Below, one piece after another: positions 48,556 through 59,889 of a DNA stretch of 64,000 nt; within the stretch, counting starts at the first letter, position 1, and every line of letters begins with the position of its first letter. The position numbers and the translations under genes are program-made. The DNA is from an uncultured Erysipelotrichaceae bacterium (GTDB taxonomy: Bacteria; Bacillota_I; Bacilli_A; Erysipelotrichales; Erysipelotrichaceae). The stretch lies in the NCBI GenBank assembly GCA_902766005.1, contig CACXCB010000029.1, positions 539-64,538 on the forward strand, in the 5' to 3' direction. The notes below the pieces were generated by a model. That model saw only the letters and a program-made list of their open reading frames with translations, searched no databases and was not told the DNA's origin.

Positions 48556-49865
48556 TCCGAAACCTTCTTTCTGGCGATGATTTTGATTGGCGTGCCTTCA
48601 AAATCAAATGCCCTTCTCATCTCATTTTCAATAAATCTTTCATAAGAAAAATGCAATAGCTTTGGATCATTACAGGATAATACAAAGCATGGCGGCTGCA
48701 CGGCAACCTGTGTCGCATAGTAGATTTTAAAACGTTTTCCGTTATGTACCGGTGCAGGTGTTGTCAGCTGTGCATCCGAAATCACTTCATTCAAAATGTT
48801 TGTCGGAATGCGGCGTATTGCATTTTCATAAACCCTGTTTACTTCAGGAAGGACAGTGGATACTCTCTGTCCTGTTTTTGCGCTGACATAGAGTATCGGC
48901 GCATAGCTGAGATAGGCAAATTCGGCACGTATCTGCTCACTGAAGCGGTACATTGTCTTGTCATCTTTTTCGATTGCATCCCATTTATTGACGACAATGA
49001 TAATCGGTTTTCCTGCCTGGCTTGCATATCCTGCTACATGTTTGTCCTGCTCGCGTATACCTGCTTCCCCATCGATCAAAAATAACGCAATATCACATCT
49101 TTCAATGGCACGCATCGCCCTTAAAACGGAATATTTCTCCACCGCTTCATAGACACGGCCTCTTTTACGGATGCCGGCTGTATCCACAATCACATACTTC
49201 TGTCCATCCCTTTCAAACGGCGTGTCTATCGCATCACGGGTAGTACCCTGTACGTTGGAAACAATGGATCTGTCCTCTTTCAGAATCGCATTGACCAAGG
49301 AAGACTTGCCTACATTCGGTTCACCGATGACAGCAATATGAATGCCTTCCTCTTCCTCCTGCATGTTTTCTTTCGGCATCTGTGCAAGACATGCATCGAG
49401 AATGTCCCCGATACCGATGCCATGCACACCGGAACAGGCAATCGGATCACCGAGTCCCAGTGCATAGAATTCATAAATATTCAAAAGTCTTGTATTGTCA
49501 TCAATCATATTTACCGCAAGAATGACCGGTTTGGATTGTCTTTGCAAAATAGAGGCAATATATTCATCATCCTCATGCAGACCTTCCTTGCCATTGACGA
49601 CAAACAGGATAACATCCGCTTCTTCCATCGCAATATTAACCTGGGCACGAATTTCCTCCTGATATGGCTGATCTGCGATTTGAATACCGCCGGTATCAAT
49701 CAGCCGGAATTCCTTTCCGGTCCAGTTGCCCTTGGAATAGATTCTGTCCCTGGTCACGCCGGGATAATCCTCGACAATGGAAACCCTTTCCCCGGCAATG
49801 CGGTTAAAAATCGTAGACTTGCCTACATTAGGCCTGCCTACGATTGCAATTACTCCACAATTCAT
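48552..49865 (-). CDS. der: ribosome biogenesis GTPase Der (EngA)
   Basis: two G domains ([16 protein letters not shown]) plus a KH-like domain. Confidence 0.98.
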   Translation of the reverse strand: MNCGVIAIVGRPNVGKSTIFNRIAGERVSIVEDYPGVTRDRIYSKGNWTGKEFRLIDTGGIQIADQPYQEEIRAQVNIAMEEADVILFVVNGKEGLHEDDEYIASILQRQSKPVILAVNMIDDNTRLLNIYEFYALGLGDPIACSGVHGIGIGDILDACLAQMPKENMQEEEEGIHIAVIGEPNVGKSSLVNAILKEDRSIVSNVQGTTRDAIDTPFERDGQKYVIVDTAGIRKRGRVYEAVEKYSVLRAMRAIERCDIALFLIDGEAGIREQDKHVAGYASQAGKPIIIVVNKWDAIEKDDKTMYRFSEQIRAEFAYLSYAPILYVSAKTGQRVSTVLPEVNRVYENAIRRIPTNILNEVISDAQLTTPAPVHNGKRFKIYYATQVAVQPPCFVLSCNDPKLLHFSYERFIENEMRRAFDFEGTPIKIIARKKVSE

Positions 49866-49866
49866 A

Positions 49867-50535
49867 TTACACCTCCAGTAAAGGCATAACCAGCTGATAT
49901 ACGCAATTGACTACTTCTTCAATTGTCATATCGGAAGTATCGATTTCCACTGCGTCATCTGCCTTGCGCAAAGGACTTTCGGCACGATGCGTATCGTCAT
50001 AGTCCCTCTTGCGGATTTCTTCCGCAATTGTTTCGATATCAGAAGTCGGTATGCCTTGTGCAATGTTCTGATCGTATCTTCTCTTCGCTCTTGCTTCAGC
50101 AGAAGCAGTCATGAAAATCTTCAGTTCGGCATCTTTCAAAACAACAGTACCAATGTCTCTGCCATCCATGATAAAACCGCCGGCTTCTGCCATCTGCTGC
50201 TGTCTTTTTACCAAATCAGCCCTGACGTTTTTGAGCTTGCTGACAGCGGAAGCTGCCATGCTGATATCGTCTGTACGGATTGCCGTGGAAACATCCTCTC
50301 CATCCAGAAATACCTTTCCCTCCGGTGTCAGTATAATCTCTGTCTTTTCCAGCATTTCGCAAACACCTTTTTCATCATCCAGGGCAATGTTGCTTCTTTT
50401 GGCCTTTAATGCAGTGGATCTGTACATTGCTCCTGTATCGAGATGCACATAGTTCAGCTTTTTGGCAAGAAGCTTGGCAATGGTGCTTTTTCCGGCAGCA
50501 CTCGGTCCGTCTATCGCAATATTAATCTTTTTCAT
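49867..50535 (-). CDS. cmk: cytidylate kinase
   Basis: [29 protein letters not shown]. Confidence 0.97.
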   Translation of the reverse strand: MKKINIAIDGPSAAGKSTIAKLLAKKLNYVHLDTGAMYRSTALKAKRSNIALDDEKGVCEMLEKTEIILTPEGKVFLDGEDVSTAIRTDDISMAASAVSKLKNVRADLVKRQQQMAEAGGFIMDGRDIGTVVLKDAELKIFMTASAEARAKRRYDQNIAQGIPTSDIETIAEEIRKRDYDDTHRAESPLRKADDAVEIDTSDMTIEEVVNCVYQLVMPLLEV

Positions 50536-50536
50536 A

Positions 50537-51445
50537 TCATGTCCTCACTATTACAATTAAATACAGCACTATCGCAAGCATGATCATCAGTGCAATAATC
50601 AGAATGACGAGCACCGTATTCAGAATCTTACTTGTATGGCGGACTTTGTCGGAAACTTCATTCATGTTATCTTCATAGTCATCCATCTGTGCACGGATCT
50701 GTGTCGTTTCCGATAAGAGTTTCTGACGTTCTTTCCTGTCTTCTTCCATCTGTCTGTTGAAAGCTTCCGATCCGACAAACTCATCCTCTTCCGGTTCAGG
50801 TGCCGGTGCAGCATATGAATTTGTATTATTCACAAGATTCTGCACTTCTGCAGCAATATGCTCCCTTGTCCGTGAAAGATTGTCATCTGTGAATTCCTGA
50901 TAATCCTCATAGGAAGGCTGCCTTCTTGCACCGGCAAAAGGAATATCCGTTGTATTCCGGTTTACCCTCGGTGCACGTTGCTGAGGCTGCTGGGCAGGTT
51001 CGGACGGATATGGCTTGGATGGTGCCTGCTGTTGTTGGCGTTTTTTATTGGCATTGTTCAATTGACGCAATACATTGACTTGCGTGTTATCGCTCAGGGC
51101 ATTTCCCTGATCGATATTGTACTGCTTGACCTCGCGGATATACTGGTCCAGATAGTCATTTTCAAAAGAACTGGTATAATTCTCGTTTTTCCCAAAGATG
51201 CTGGTATCAAATACCGGCTCCTCCTCTTCTTTCGGTTCAGGTTCCTCATAATGTGTGTTGCGGGCATGATTTGCGACATGATCATCTTCCGCATAATCAT
51301 CCAAAGCAGAGAAATTATCTGCATCAATCCGATTCAGGCGGTTGGAAAAACGTGATAATTCCTTCGAATTAATCTCTACACCGGTGTCGTTCTGCAGGCT
51401 TTCTCTCAGTTCTTTATATCTCTCTTTTCTTGATAAATTCGCCAT
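50537..51445 (-). CDS. hypothetical tail-anchored protein (disordered/coiled-coil cytoplasmic part, C-terminal TM)
   Basis: 302 aa, acidic and Gln/Pro-rich, single C-terminal TM, GGAG SD, 1 nt from cmk. Confidence 0.8.
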   Translation of the reverse strand: MANLSRKERYKELRESLQNDTGVEINSKELSRFSNRLNRIDADNFSALDDYAEDDHVANHARNTHYEEPEPKEEEEPVFDTSIFGKNENYTSSFENDYLDQYIREVKQYNIDQGNALSDNTQVNVLRQLNNANKKRQQQQAPSKPYPSEPAQQPQQRAPRVNRNTTDIPFAGARRQPSYEDYQEFTDDNLSRTREHIAAEVQNLVNNTNSYAAPAPEPEEDEFVGSEAFNRQMEEDRKERQKLLSETTQIRAQMDDYEDNMNEVSDKVRHTSKILNTVLVILIIALMIMLAIVLYLIVIVRT

Positions 51446-51554
51446 GATTTTCTCCGTTAATCTTGGTTATTATAGCACAGTATTCCTTTGATTTGCATTC
51501 CTTACGCCAAAAAAACAAAAACAAAGAAAAAGGCATGTTTCCATGCCTGATTGG

Positions 51555-52166
51555 TCAGCTGTGTAAAAGCGGTGAAACGTGTTTGTAAGCAAGATAGGTA
51601 ATCAGGCTTACCAGCACACCTTTGACGATGTTAAACGGAACAACGCAGAACAGGCAGAATGTGAAGACATTGCTGACTGCAGGGAATATAGCCGAACCCA
51701 TTGCCACAATGGTTTCCATCGGCATATGATACAATGCCGAATACATCGGCAGCATGACAAAGCCATTCACAAATGAAGAGACAACGGCAAGAATGACTGT
51801 TCCCAAAACCATTCCCATTAACGCACCCTTCTTTGTCTTTTTATACTGATAGATCATTGCTGCCGGGAAAACAAATGCAAAGCCCATGACAAAGTTGGCA
51901 AATTCTCCGACAAATACAGTGCTCGTACCGGTAAACAGGACGTTTAACAGAATTTTCAAAGCTTCAATGATTACCGCATAAACCGGTCCGAGTGCAAATC
52001 CCCCCATCAAAACGATGACTTCGCTGAAATCCAGCTTGTAGAACGGCGGTGCAATCGGCAGCGGGAATTCAATCAGCATGACAACAAATGCCAATGCGGA
52101 AAGAATCGCAATTTTTGCTAGCTGTCTGGTTGTGAAACCCTGATGTGATTTTACTGATGTGGTCAT
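51555..52166 (-). CDS. ribU: ECF transporter S component, riboflavin-specific (RibU)
   Basis: FYKLDFSE, GEFANF, PFNIVKG; preceded by an FMN riboswitch; start at ATG 52166. Confidence 0.92.
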   Translation of the reverse strand: MTTSVKSHQGFTTRQLAKIAILSALAFVVMLIEFPLPIAPPFYKLDFSEVIVLMGGFALGPVYAVIIEALKILLNVLFTGTSTVFVGEFANFVMGFAFVFPAAMIYQYKKTKKGALMGMVLGTVILAVVSSFVNGFVMLPMYSALYHMPMETIVAMGSAIFPAVSNVFTFCLFCVVPFNIVKGVLVSLITYLAYKHVSPLLHS

Positions 52167-52192
52167 TTTATCCTCCTTTTCCTCCGGCAAAT

Positions 52193-52227
52193 AAAAACCG
52201 AAGGCAATGTGATAAAAACCTTCGGGT
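52193..52227 (-). terminator. riboswitch-controlled terminator
   Basis: CCGAAGG...CCTTCGG-TTTTT between the aptamer and ribU. Confidence 0.75.
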
Positions 52228-52247
52228 AAAATGAGAAAGATACAGAT

Positions 52248-52360
52248 AAACATCTCTTCCATCCAGACTATACTGTCGCCATTGGAATTGCACCAATTCA
52301 GCCTTTCGGCTCGCGGGGTATACCGCCGGTCGGGAATTGCGCCCTGCCCTGAGTTTTATC
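52248..52360 (-). ncRNA. FMN riboswitch (RFN element)
   Basis: CTCAGGGCAGGGCGCAATTCCCGACCGGCGGTA...CCGCGAGC...GACAGTATAGTCTGGATGGAAGAG matches the RFN consensus. Confidence 0.95.
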
Positions 52361-52406
52361 ATGAATACTATATTTTGGTTATACGGTTTTGTCAATAGAT
52401 TTGCAA

Positions 52407-53261
52407 TTACACAGATGTTTCCAATACTCTCAACAATGCATAGACAACATCCTGATAGAATTGCGGCGTCTCATGCATCAGGAAAAAGAGATACAGAAAC
52501 AGGATCACTCCGGCTACCGGCACATGCACGGACTTGGAAACTCTGCACGCTAGATCCAGTGCATATCCTTTCAGGCACACGGACAACACCAAAGTTGTCA
52601 TGAACATGGCAGAAGCAAGATTCGGCATATCCCCCATCAGAAAGGCAGAAAGACCGAATAAAAGAATTTCAAAAAGGCATGCCCTGCTGCTGATGGCAAC
52701 GATCTGATGGAATGATGTCTTTTGGTTTAACAGAAAGCCGATAAACCATAATGCAAGATCCACAAGTGCTTCTGCGATTAATCCCAGACAGCTCAGCTTC
52801 AAGCCAAACAGCACTTCATCCGCAAACAACATGCCGGTCTTGCGCAAAGCAAGCGAAAGGAACATGGATAATGCCAACCATTTGCATACCTGCAGAAACA
52901 GACATGTATAGATGCTGAGAGTCGGTGTTTCCGAAGTTGCCGCTTTCTTCATGGAATATGCAGGTGCAAAAACCATGGATATGATTGAAACTCTCGGCAA
53001 AGCAGCAATCGCATCATATTTTTCATTCTTCCGTTGTTTTCTTGTTTTCTTCGGTGCAGGAGGAATATATTCCTTCTGTTGTGTTTTTACTTCAGTTTCC
53101 TTCACCACCTGTGGTGCAGTTTCATTTACCGCCTGCACAGGAGCAGGTATTTCACGCTGCTGCACAGGCATAGGAATCTGTTCCTGTTTATGAATAACAG
53201 GATGATACGGATGTCTGTTTGAAGCAGGCGTGAACTTTCTTCTTTTATTGAAATTTGTCAT
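52407..53261 (-). CDS. hypothetical membrane protein (Pro/basic cytoplasmic N-terminus, about 5 TM, Yip1-like layout)
   Basis: 284 aa, GAGGTG SD, hydropathy pattern. Confidence 0.7.
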   Translation of the reverse strand: MTNFNKRRKFTPASNRHPYHPVIHKQEQIPMPVQQREIPAPVQAVNETAPQVVKETEVKTQQKEYIPPAPKKTRKQRKNEKYDAIAALPRVSIISMVFAPAYSMKKAATSETPTLSIYTCLFLQVCKWLALSMFLSLALRKTGMLFADEVLFGLKLSCLGLIAEALVDLALWFIGFLLNQKTSFHQIVAISSRACLFEILLFGLSAFLMGDMPNLASAMFMTTLVLSVCLKGYALDLACRVSKSVHVPVAGVILFLYLFFLMHETPQFYQDVVYALLRVLETSV

Positions 53262-53314
53262 TGTATCACCTCAAAAAAAGATGTGCGGAATGCACATCTG
53301 GTATCCGGATTCAA

Positions 53315-53872
53315 TCAGGCTCTGCCGCAATATCTTCCGTCAGCTGTAGAAATGACAACCATTTCACCGTTCTGGATAAACAGAGGAACCTTGATTTCAA
53401 GGCCTGTCTCCAATTTTGCATTCTTTGAAGCGGAAGTAGCTGTATCACCTTTTACAGCCTGTTCGCATTCAACAATCTGCAATTCAACCTTATCCGGCAG
53501 CATGACGCCCAGAATCTCCTGTTCATACATGGAAATTGTGACATTGTCATTTTCTTTCAGAAACTGCATTTCCCATTCCAGTCTTGTCTTTGGAATTTCA
53601 ATCTGCTCATATGTGGAGTTGTCCATGAAGACAAGATTCACGCCATCGTCATAGAGATACTGCATCTCTTTCTTGTCAATATGTGCCGGCTCAACCTTGT
53701 CACCGCCTGTAAAAGAGATTTCATTGATGACGCCGCTTCTCAGATTCTTTACCTTGACTTTGATGATCATCTGTCTCATGGCTGTCTTATTGTGGTCTAC
53801 ATTCAAAACAGTATAAATATTACCTTCATTTTCAAAGGCTGTTCCCGGTTTTAAATCATTTACTATAATCAT
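53315..53872 (-). CDS. efp: translation elongation factor P
   Basis: MQYLY, FMDNSTYEQ, VKGDTA, LETG, VPLFI; atypical tip loop KTAMRQ. Confidence 0.96.
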   Translation of the reverse strand: MIIVNDLKPGTAFENEGNIYTVLNVDHNKTAMRQMIIKVKVKNLRSGVINEISFTGGDKVEPAHIDKKEMQYLYDDGVNLVFMDNSTYEQIEIPKTRLEWEMQFLKENDNVTISMYEQEILGVMLPDKVELQIVECEQAVKGDTATSASKNAKLETGLEIKVPLFIQNGEMVVISTADGRYCGRA

Positions 53873-53952
53873 AATTCACCTACCTATCTTACTTAATTGT
53901 ATTTGAAAGAAGTATTTTGTCAATGAAAAAGAGGCTGTGCCTCTTTTCATGA

Positions 53953-54753
53953 TTATGCTTTGTCTGTGACGACTCTGACAGCTGGTGCTTTGACACCTGT
54001 TTCACCAAGAGCTGTGGTAATATCCTGCAACAATGCAAAATAGACATCCCAGTAATCACCGCCGTTGCACCATGCCCTGACAGTGAATTCCATCGCTTCG
54101 TTTGTACCGCCGGAGATGGAGGCAAACGGTGCAGGTTCGCTTAATACCTTTTCATTTTTGTTCATGACATCAATCATGACATCCTGTACTTTGTGGACAT
54201 CTTCACCCTTGCCGCAACTGAAGACAAGATCAACTCTTCTGAGGGGTTCAGAGGAACAGTTTGTCACAGTTGCTCCCATGAGTCCGCCATTAGGAACCGT
54301 TACACGTTTATTGTCAACTGTTGTCAATACAGTGTAGAACAGATTGATTTCTTTCACAACGCCTTCAACACCGCTTGTAATGACATAGTCGCCTACATTG
54401 AACGGACGGAAAATCATGAGCATAATACCACCTGCAAGGTTGCCTAAGGCTCCCTGCAAGGCCATGCCAACCGCAACACCTGCAGATGCAAGTACGGTTA
54501 CGACAGATGCCATCGGTACGCCAAGAATGTTGATAATACTGATGACAAGCACAACATACAGAACAACCTTGATCAGGTTCAGCATGAATGTCTTGACGGA
54601 CTGATCCATCTTATCGAGCCAAGGCATTTTCTTTGAAGCTTCAAGGATTTTGTTGATAATCATCTTCCCGATGATAAAGACGAGCAATGCAAGAACAAGA
54701 TTCTTGCCGACATTGGTGCAAAGCGCAACCAGCTGTTTAGATAATTCTTCCAT
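53953..54753 (-). CDS. mscS: small-conductance mechanosensitive channel
   Basis: GVAVGMALQGALGNLAGG, RPFNVGD, VTVPN; start at ATG 54753. Confidence 0.93.
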   Translation of the reverse strand: MEELSKQLVALCTNVGKNLVLALLVFIIGKMIINKILEASKKMPWLDKMDQSVKTFMLNLIKVVLYVVLVISIINILGVPMASVVTVLASAGVAVGMALQGALGNLAGGIMLMIFRPFNVGDYVITSGVEGVVKEINLFYTVLTTVDNKRVTVPNGGLMGATVTNCSSEPLRRVDLVFSCGKGEDVHKVQDVMIDVMNKNEKVLSEPAPFASISGGTNEAMEFTVRAWCNGGDYWDVYFALLQDITTALGETGVKAPAVRVVTDKA

Positions 54754-54855
54754 AATATGGTTCTCCTTTCTCTCTTCTTTATTATAGAACAATCCTGCAG
54801 AAGCAGAATAAAAAGAATGCCCCAATTGACAAAAAAAGACGGAAAAACCGTCTTT

Positions 54856-56832
54856 TCAGTCTTCTGATTTCAGTTCAAAAATCATATCGCGCAATGAGGC
54901 AGCACGTTCGAAATCCAGTGTTGCTGCAGCTTCCTTCATTTCCTTCTCCAAAGATGCGATCAACTGTTTCTTATCCTTGCCGTTGTTCTTCATCTTCTTC
55001 TGGATATATTTGTTAGCCATCTCCTGGGTTTCCTTGCCGCGGATTGCTTCTTCCACATTTTTCACAACCGTTTTCGGAATGATTCCATGTCTCTTATTGT
55101 AGTCTTCCTGGATGGATCTTCTGCGGTTTGTTTCCTCAATCGCATAGTTCATGGAATCGGTCATGACATCCGCATACATGTACACTTCACCATGCTCGTT
55201 TCGTGCAGCTCTTCCGATTGTCTGGATCAAGGATCTCTGTGAGCGCAAAAATCCCTCTTTATCTGCGTCCAGGATGCAAACCAGTGATACCTCAGGAATA
55301 TCCAGGCCTTCACGCAACAGGTTGATACCGACAATGGCATCCACTTTGCCCAGACGCAAATCACGAATGATTTCTGTTCTTTCCAGCGTTTTTGTTTCAT
55401 GGTGCAGATAGGCAATTTTATAGCCCCTGTCCTTCAGGTATTCGGTCAGGTCTTCTGCCATTCTGACGGTTAACGTCGTGATCAGAACCCTTTCATTTCT
55501 TGCAATTCTTTCATCCAGTGCCACGCAGATATCATCCACCTGCCCCAGTGTGGGCTTGACGGTAATCTTTGGATCCAAAAGTCCGGTCGGACGGATAATC
55601 TGTTCTGTGACATGATGATCTACATGAGAAAGCTCATAGTCCCCGGGTGTTGCCGAACAATATATGACCTGGTTGATCATGCTTTCAAATTCATCATATT
55701 TCATCGGACGGTTATCCAAGGCAGAAGGCAGACGGAATCCATATTGTACCAGGACTTCCTTCCTTTGCCTGTCACCGTTGTACATGCCTCGTACCTGTGG
55801 CAAAGAGACATGAGATTCATCGACGATCAGCAGATAATCCTTCGGAAAATAATCAAACAGATTCCATGGCCTCTGCCCGGGTTTTCTGCCATCGATATGC
55901 ATGGAATAGTTTTCAATACCGGAGCAGTATCCGTTTTCTCTTAATGCCTCCAAGTCAAATCTCGTTCTTTGTTCCAGACGCTCGTACTCCAGAGGCTTGT
56001 TTTCTCTTTTGAAGTATGCCAGTCTTTCCTCGAGCTCTTCTTCAATCGCATTGCATGCCCTGAGCATTGATTCCTTGCTTCTGGCATAGCCACTGGCAGG
56101 AAAAATGTTATAGAACTGATATGCATTCAGCGTCTTTCCGGTCAGTGGATCAACTTCCGTGATGCGGTCAATTTCATCACCGAACATTTCTATGCGGATG
56201 TTAAACTGATCCGTATAACTCGGTGTGAGGTCAATGACATCTCCCCTGACGCGGATTGTGCCTCTGGATTGTTCCATGTCATTTCTAGAATACTGCAATT
56301 CGATAAATTTCCTGAGCAGGGTGTTTCTGTCGTATGTTTCCCCGACTCTGATAGTCACAAACATATTTTTGTATTCCACCGGATCAGATGCTGCATAAAT
56401 ACAGGCAACAGATGCCACAACAATCGTATCCCTTCTTTCCAAAAGAGAATTCAATGTAGACTCACGGAACATGTCCAGTTCTTCATTGATTGCCGCTGTC
56501 TTTTCAATATACATGTCATTTTTCGGCATGTATGCCTCAGGCTGGTAATAATCAAAATTAGAGACAAAAAACTCTACCCTGTTATGGGGAAAGAGTTCTT
56601 TGAATTCGGAATATAATTGTCCGGCAAGGGTCTTGTTATGGGAAAAAACAAGTGTCGGACGATTCACCCTGGCAATGATATTGGCCATGGTAAAGGTTTT
56701 TCCGGTACCGGTTGCACCTTCGAGAACCTGTTCTTTTTTGCCATCCAGAAGACCCTGCACCAGCTCCTCAATTGCCTGAGGCTGGTCGCCTGTAGGCTGA
56801 AATGGAGAAACCAGCTCAAACTGATCAGCCAT
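54856..56832 (-). CDS. uvrB: excinuclease ABC subunit B
   Basis: [39 protein letters not shown]; start at ATG 56832. Confidence 0.98.
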   Translation of the reverse strand: MADQFELVSPFQPTGDQPQAIEELVQGLLDGKKEQVLEGATGTGKTFTMANIIARVNRPTLVFSHNKTLAGQLYSEFKELFPHNRVEFFVSNFDYYQPEAYMPKNDMYIEKTAAINEELDMFRESTLNSLLERRDTIVVASVACIYAASDPVEYKNMFVTIRVGETYDRNTLLRKFIELQYSRNDMEQSRGTIRVRGDVIDLTPSYTDQFNIRIEMFGDEIDRITEVDPLTGKTLNAYQFYNIFPASGYARSKESMLRACNAIEEELEERLAYFKRENKPLEYERLEQRTRFDLEALRENGYCSGIENYSMHIDGRKPGQRPWNLFDYFPKDYLLIVDESHVSLPQVRGMYNGDRQRKEVLVQYGFRLPSALDNRPMKYDEFESMINQVIYCSATPGDYELSHVDHHVTEQIIRPTGLLDPKITVKPTLGQVDDICVALDERIARNERVLITTLTVRMAEDLTEYLKDRGYKIAYLHHETKTLERTEIIRDLRLGKVDAIVGINLLREGLDIPEVSLVCILDADKEGFLRSQRSLIQTIGRAARNEHGEVYMYADVMTDSMNYAIEETNRRRSIQEDYNKRHGIIPKTVVKNVEEAIRGKETQEMANKYIQKKMKNNGKDKKQLIASLEKEMKEAAATLDFERAASLRDMIFELKSED

Positions 56833-58333
56833 GTAAAACCTCCATTGCCTTTTCAAGCTGTGTGTCATGAACAGAAGTCGTATTCCAATCAAGTGTGACC
56901 GAAGAAATAATTGCTTCATAAGTGCTGTTATCCAATACACCGGTAGCAGGGAGATCATGTTCTTTCTGGTACTGTTTAATTGTCTCTTCGGTAGCTGTAG
57001 AAAAATATCCATCCGTACGGTCTACATCATATTCAAGATAATCCAGTGACAGCTGCACATCTTTGACCGCTTCGGAAACGGAATCCACCCGGATTTCTTC
57101 TTCCAGTCCGTCAAATACTTCATACATGACATCATGGAGCTTGACTTCAACATCCGGTTCAATGCCGACATTATTTACCCAGACACCTGAAGGTGAAAGC
57201 CATTTGGAAGTTGTGTATTTGATGGCAGAGTTATCCTTGAACATACGGCTGATCTGCACGGTTCCCTTTCCGTAGGTTGTTGTGCCGATAACAGTTACGT
57301 CATCTCTTTGTTCCTTCATGGCCATTGTGAATACTTCTGATGCACTGGCCGTATTTTCATTTACCAGAATCACCATTCCGTTAAAGGACATCTGATTCTT
57401 GCCGCTTGTCTTTGTGATTTCCACAGATCCGTCGGAATATTCCTGCTGCATGACGGTTGTTCCTTCCGGCAGAAAGCGGCTGGCAATTTTCTGCAATGCA
57501 TCCAGATATCCGCCACCGTTGTCTCTCAAATCGACAATCAGCTTTGTGCATCCGTTCTGCTGGAATTCATCGAGATACGCATCAATTTCATCCGGTGAGC
57601 CTTCGCCAAACTGATACAGCTGCAGATAAGCGATATTGTCTTCCAGGATTTTACCGAAAGTTGTCGCGCTGATGGCCCCTCTTGTGATCGTCAGGGTGAC
57701 GGTCTGCCCTTGACGCAAAAAATCAATCGTTACTTCCGTACCTTCATCACCTTGCACAAGTTCCTTGATTTCATCGGCAGTCAATCCATCTGCTACTGTT
57801 CCGTCGATCACATGAATGATGTCTCCTGCCATGACACCGGCCTTTTCTGCAGGTGAGTTTTTGAAAACCTTCTCTACCAGATTGATGCCGTTGGTCGCAA
57901 TGAACTGTACACCGATGCCGACAAAGTTCCTGTTGATGGACTGGGTAAATGCCTCCATCTCAGCGGCAGACATGTAACTTGTATGAGGATCTTCCTCATT
58001 GGTGGTGATACCGTACATTGCCTGATCGGAAAGTCTTGTACCGATATCTTCAATATCGGATGCAAAGAACCATTCTTTTTCCATGATCTCCAAAATGGTA
58101 TCTATCTTATCGGAAGGATCAAGAACCTGCGAGATCTGAATGGTACTTTTAGCATCATCCGTCCCCGGGATCGGCAGGAAACTGCCGCCAATCCAGCCAC
58201 CGATCAAAGCAAGTACGGTTACCACAACAATACATACTTTCAGCCTTCCGCTCTTCGCCCTTTCCTTCATCAGTTCATCATACTGATCCGTCCTATTCAT
58301 AAAAGGAATATCATACTCTTCCCGTTTGTTCAT
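56825..58333 (-). CDS. ctpA: S41A carboxy-terminal protease (PDZ and C-terminal peptidoglycan-binding domain)
   Basis: [29 protein letters not shown]...ATGVLD. Confidence 0.93.
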   Translation of the reverse strand: MNKREEYDIPFMNRTDQYDELMKERAKSGRLKVCIVVVTVLALIGGWIGGSFLPIPGTDDAKSTIQISQVLDPSDKIDTILEIMEKEWFFASDIEDIGTRLSDQAMYGITTNEEDPHTSYMSAAEMEAFTQSINRNFVGIGVQFIATNGINLVEKVFKNSPAEKAGVMAGDIIHVIDGTVADGLTADEIKELVQGDEGTEVTIDFLRQGQTVTLTITRGAISATTFGKILEDNIAYLQLYQFGEGSPDEIDAYLDEFQQNGCTKLIVDLRDNGGGYLDALQKIASRFLPEGTTVMQQEYSDGSVEITKTSGKNQMSFNGMVILVNENTASASEVFTMAMKEQRDDVTVIGTTTYGKGTVQISRMFKDNSAIKYTTSKWLSPSGVWVNNVGIEPDVEVKLHDVMYEVFDGLEEEIRVDSVSEAVKDVQLSLDYLEYDVDRTDGYFSTATEETIKQYQKEHDLPATGVLDNSTYEAIISSVTLDWNTTSVHDTQLEKAMEVLHG

Positions 58334-58365
58334 GCTTACCTCCATAAAAGGCTCTTAAATGAGCC

Positions 58366-59889
58366 TTATCCGCCGAAAATCGTTTCAGGTCTGATCCTGC
58401 ATGGAGCTCCTACGCCGTTCTCACACAGCCTGTTCAAAGCCGTATAAGCCCAACCGCAACCAAATGCCAGATCACCATTCCAGTTCTGTGCAAAATTTGA
58501 AAAGTTATCTGCACTGCCGAGATAGAAGATCTCAATATGACAATGCGGTCCGCTGCTGTTGCCGGATGAACCGACCTGTCCTACCTGATCTCCAGCAAAT
58601 ACATGTGTTCCGCTGGCAATCGGAGAACCGGACATCATATGCAGATATTTGACTGCATACAACGATCCGTTAATCGGTGTCAGAAGATAAACCTGGTTTC
58701 CACCGCCGGAAGATCCGCCGAACTGATAACCGCAGCGTGATCCAAGGCCGCCATATGTCGGGCATCCATCCGCACTGTTCAAAACGACTCCGTTGCCTAC
58801 CGCATAGATTGCAGATCCCAAAGGTGCGGCAAAGTCGTAACCCAGATGTACGCCTCCTCCCGGATAATACCATGTACCCGCACTGCGATAGGAACCCGGA
58901 ACCGGATATGTCCATCCGTCTGTCATAGCCGCATAAATCTCATCCAGTACGCCTGCAGCAGCAATTTCCTGCATCTTTCTGTTTTTCTCTTCGATATTTG
59001 CAGCAATCTTATTTCCTTCAGCTTCCAGTTCTGCAGCCATCTGGTTGGCAGCATCCTGTGCCACTTCCACTTCATACTGCAAAGCGATCAGGTTTCCCTG
59101 CTCATTGACCAGGATGGCTTTTTCCCCATCCAGTTCATTTCTCTGTACTTCCAGAAGGGATTTGTCGTTTTCCAGATCTGCTTTTGCTTCCTCAAGTTCC
59201 CCTTTGGCCACTTCCAGATCCGCTTTTTGATCAGCCATCAGATCCATCATTTCCACGAGCTCATCCGTAGTTTTCTGATCATAATCGGCAATGGCATTAA
59301 ATCCGTTGATGATGCGCATGAGCTCATCAAAAGAAGTTGCTCCCATCAGGATATCCGTATACTGGTTGACACGCATGCTTCCCTGTTCAATGGCCATGCG
59401 GTTTAACAGCTTCTCCTGAATTTCATCAATAACAGCTTGTGTTGCATCGATTTCCGCCTGTTTGCCATCAATTTCCAGCTGCTTGTTATCGATTTCGCCT
59501 TGTTTGGCATCAATTTCTGCCTGCTTGGCATCGATCTCCGCCTGCTTGGCATCGATCTTTGCCTGCATATCCTGGATTTCGACTTTTTTATCATCGATTT
59601 GTCCCTGATATGCAGTTATTTCTTCCGCATATTTTTCAATATCTTCGAGATATTGTTCGCGTTTTGCTTCAATTTCCTTTAACTGTTCGCCCAGTTCCGT
59701 CTTTTGATCTTTCAGATAATTGGCATAAGCAGTGCATGCTTCCTTATCTTCTGAAGAAAATGTCGTTCCGGAGCATTTATCATTCCAATAGGAACTGTCG
59801 GAATAATCCGGTTCGGCATGAACATATGTGATTGTCGAAAACAGGCTGACTGCCAGAAAAAGATGCAACGCCTTCTTCAAGCGAATCAT
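58366..59889 (-). CDS. secreted coiled-coil M23 peptidase (FtsEX-associated murein hydrolase/activator)
   Basis: signal peptide, long coiled coil, HLGYD and GPHCH zinc motifs; ATGA overlap with ftsX. Confidence 0.9.
   Translation of the reverse strand: MIRLKKALHLFLAVSLFSTITYVHAEPDYSDSSYWNDKCSGTTFSSEDKEACTAYANYLKDQKTELGEQLKEIEAKREQYLEDIEKYAEEITAYQGQIDDKKVEIQDMQAKIDAKQAEIDAKQAEIDAKQGEIDNKQLEIDGKQAEIDATQAVIDEIQEKLLNRMAIEQGSMRVNQYTDILMGATSFDELMRIINGFNAIADYDQKTTDELVEMMDLMADQKADLEVAKGELEEAKADLENDKSLLEVQRNELDGEKAILVNEQGNLIALQYEVEVAQDAANQMAAELEAEGNKIAANIEEKNRKMQEIAAAGVLDEIYAAMTDGWTYPVPGSYRSAGTWYYPGGGVHLGYDFAAPLGSAIYAVGNGVVLNSADGCPTYGGLGSRCGYQFGGSSGGGNQVYLLTPINGSLYAVKYLHMMSGSPIASGTHVFAGDQVGQVGSSGNSSGPHCHIEIFYLGSADNFSNFAQNWNGDLAFGCGWAYTALNRLCENGVGAPCRIRPETIFGG
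59441..59570 (-). repeat. degenerate 21-bp tandem repeat encoding IDAKQAE heptads (about 6 copies)
   Basis: IDAKQAE IDAKQAE IDAKQGE IDNKQLE IDGKQAE IDATQAV. Confidence 0.8.
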
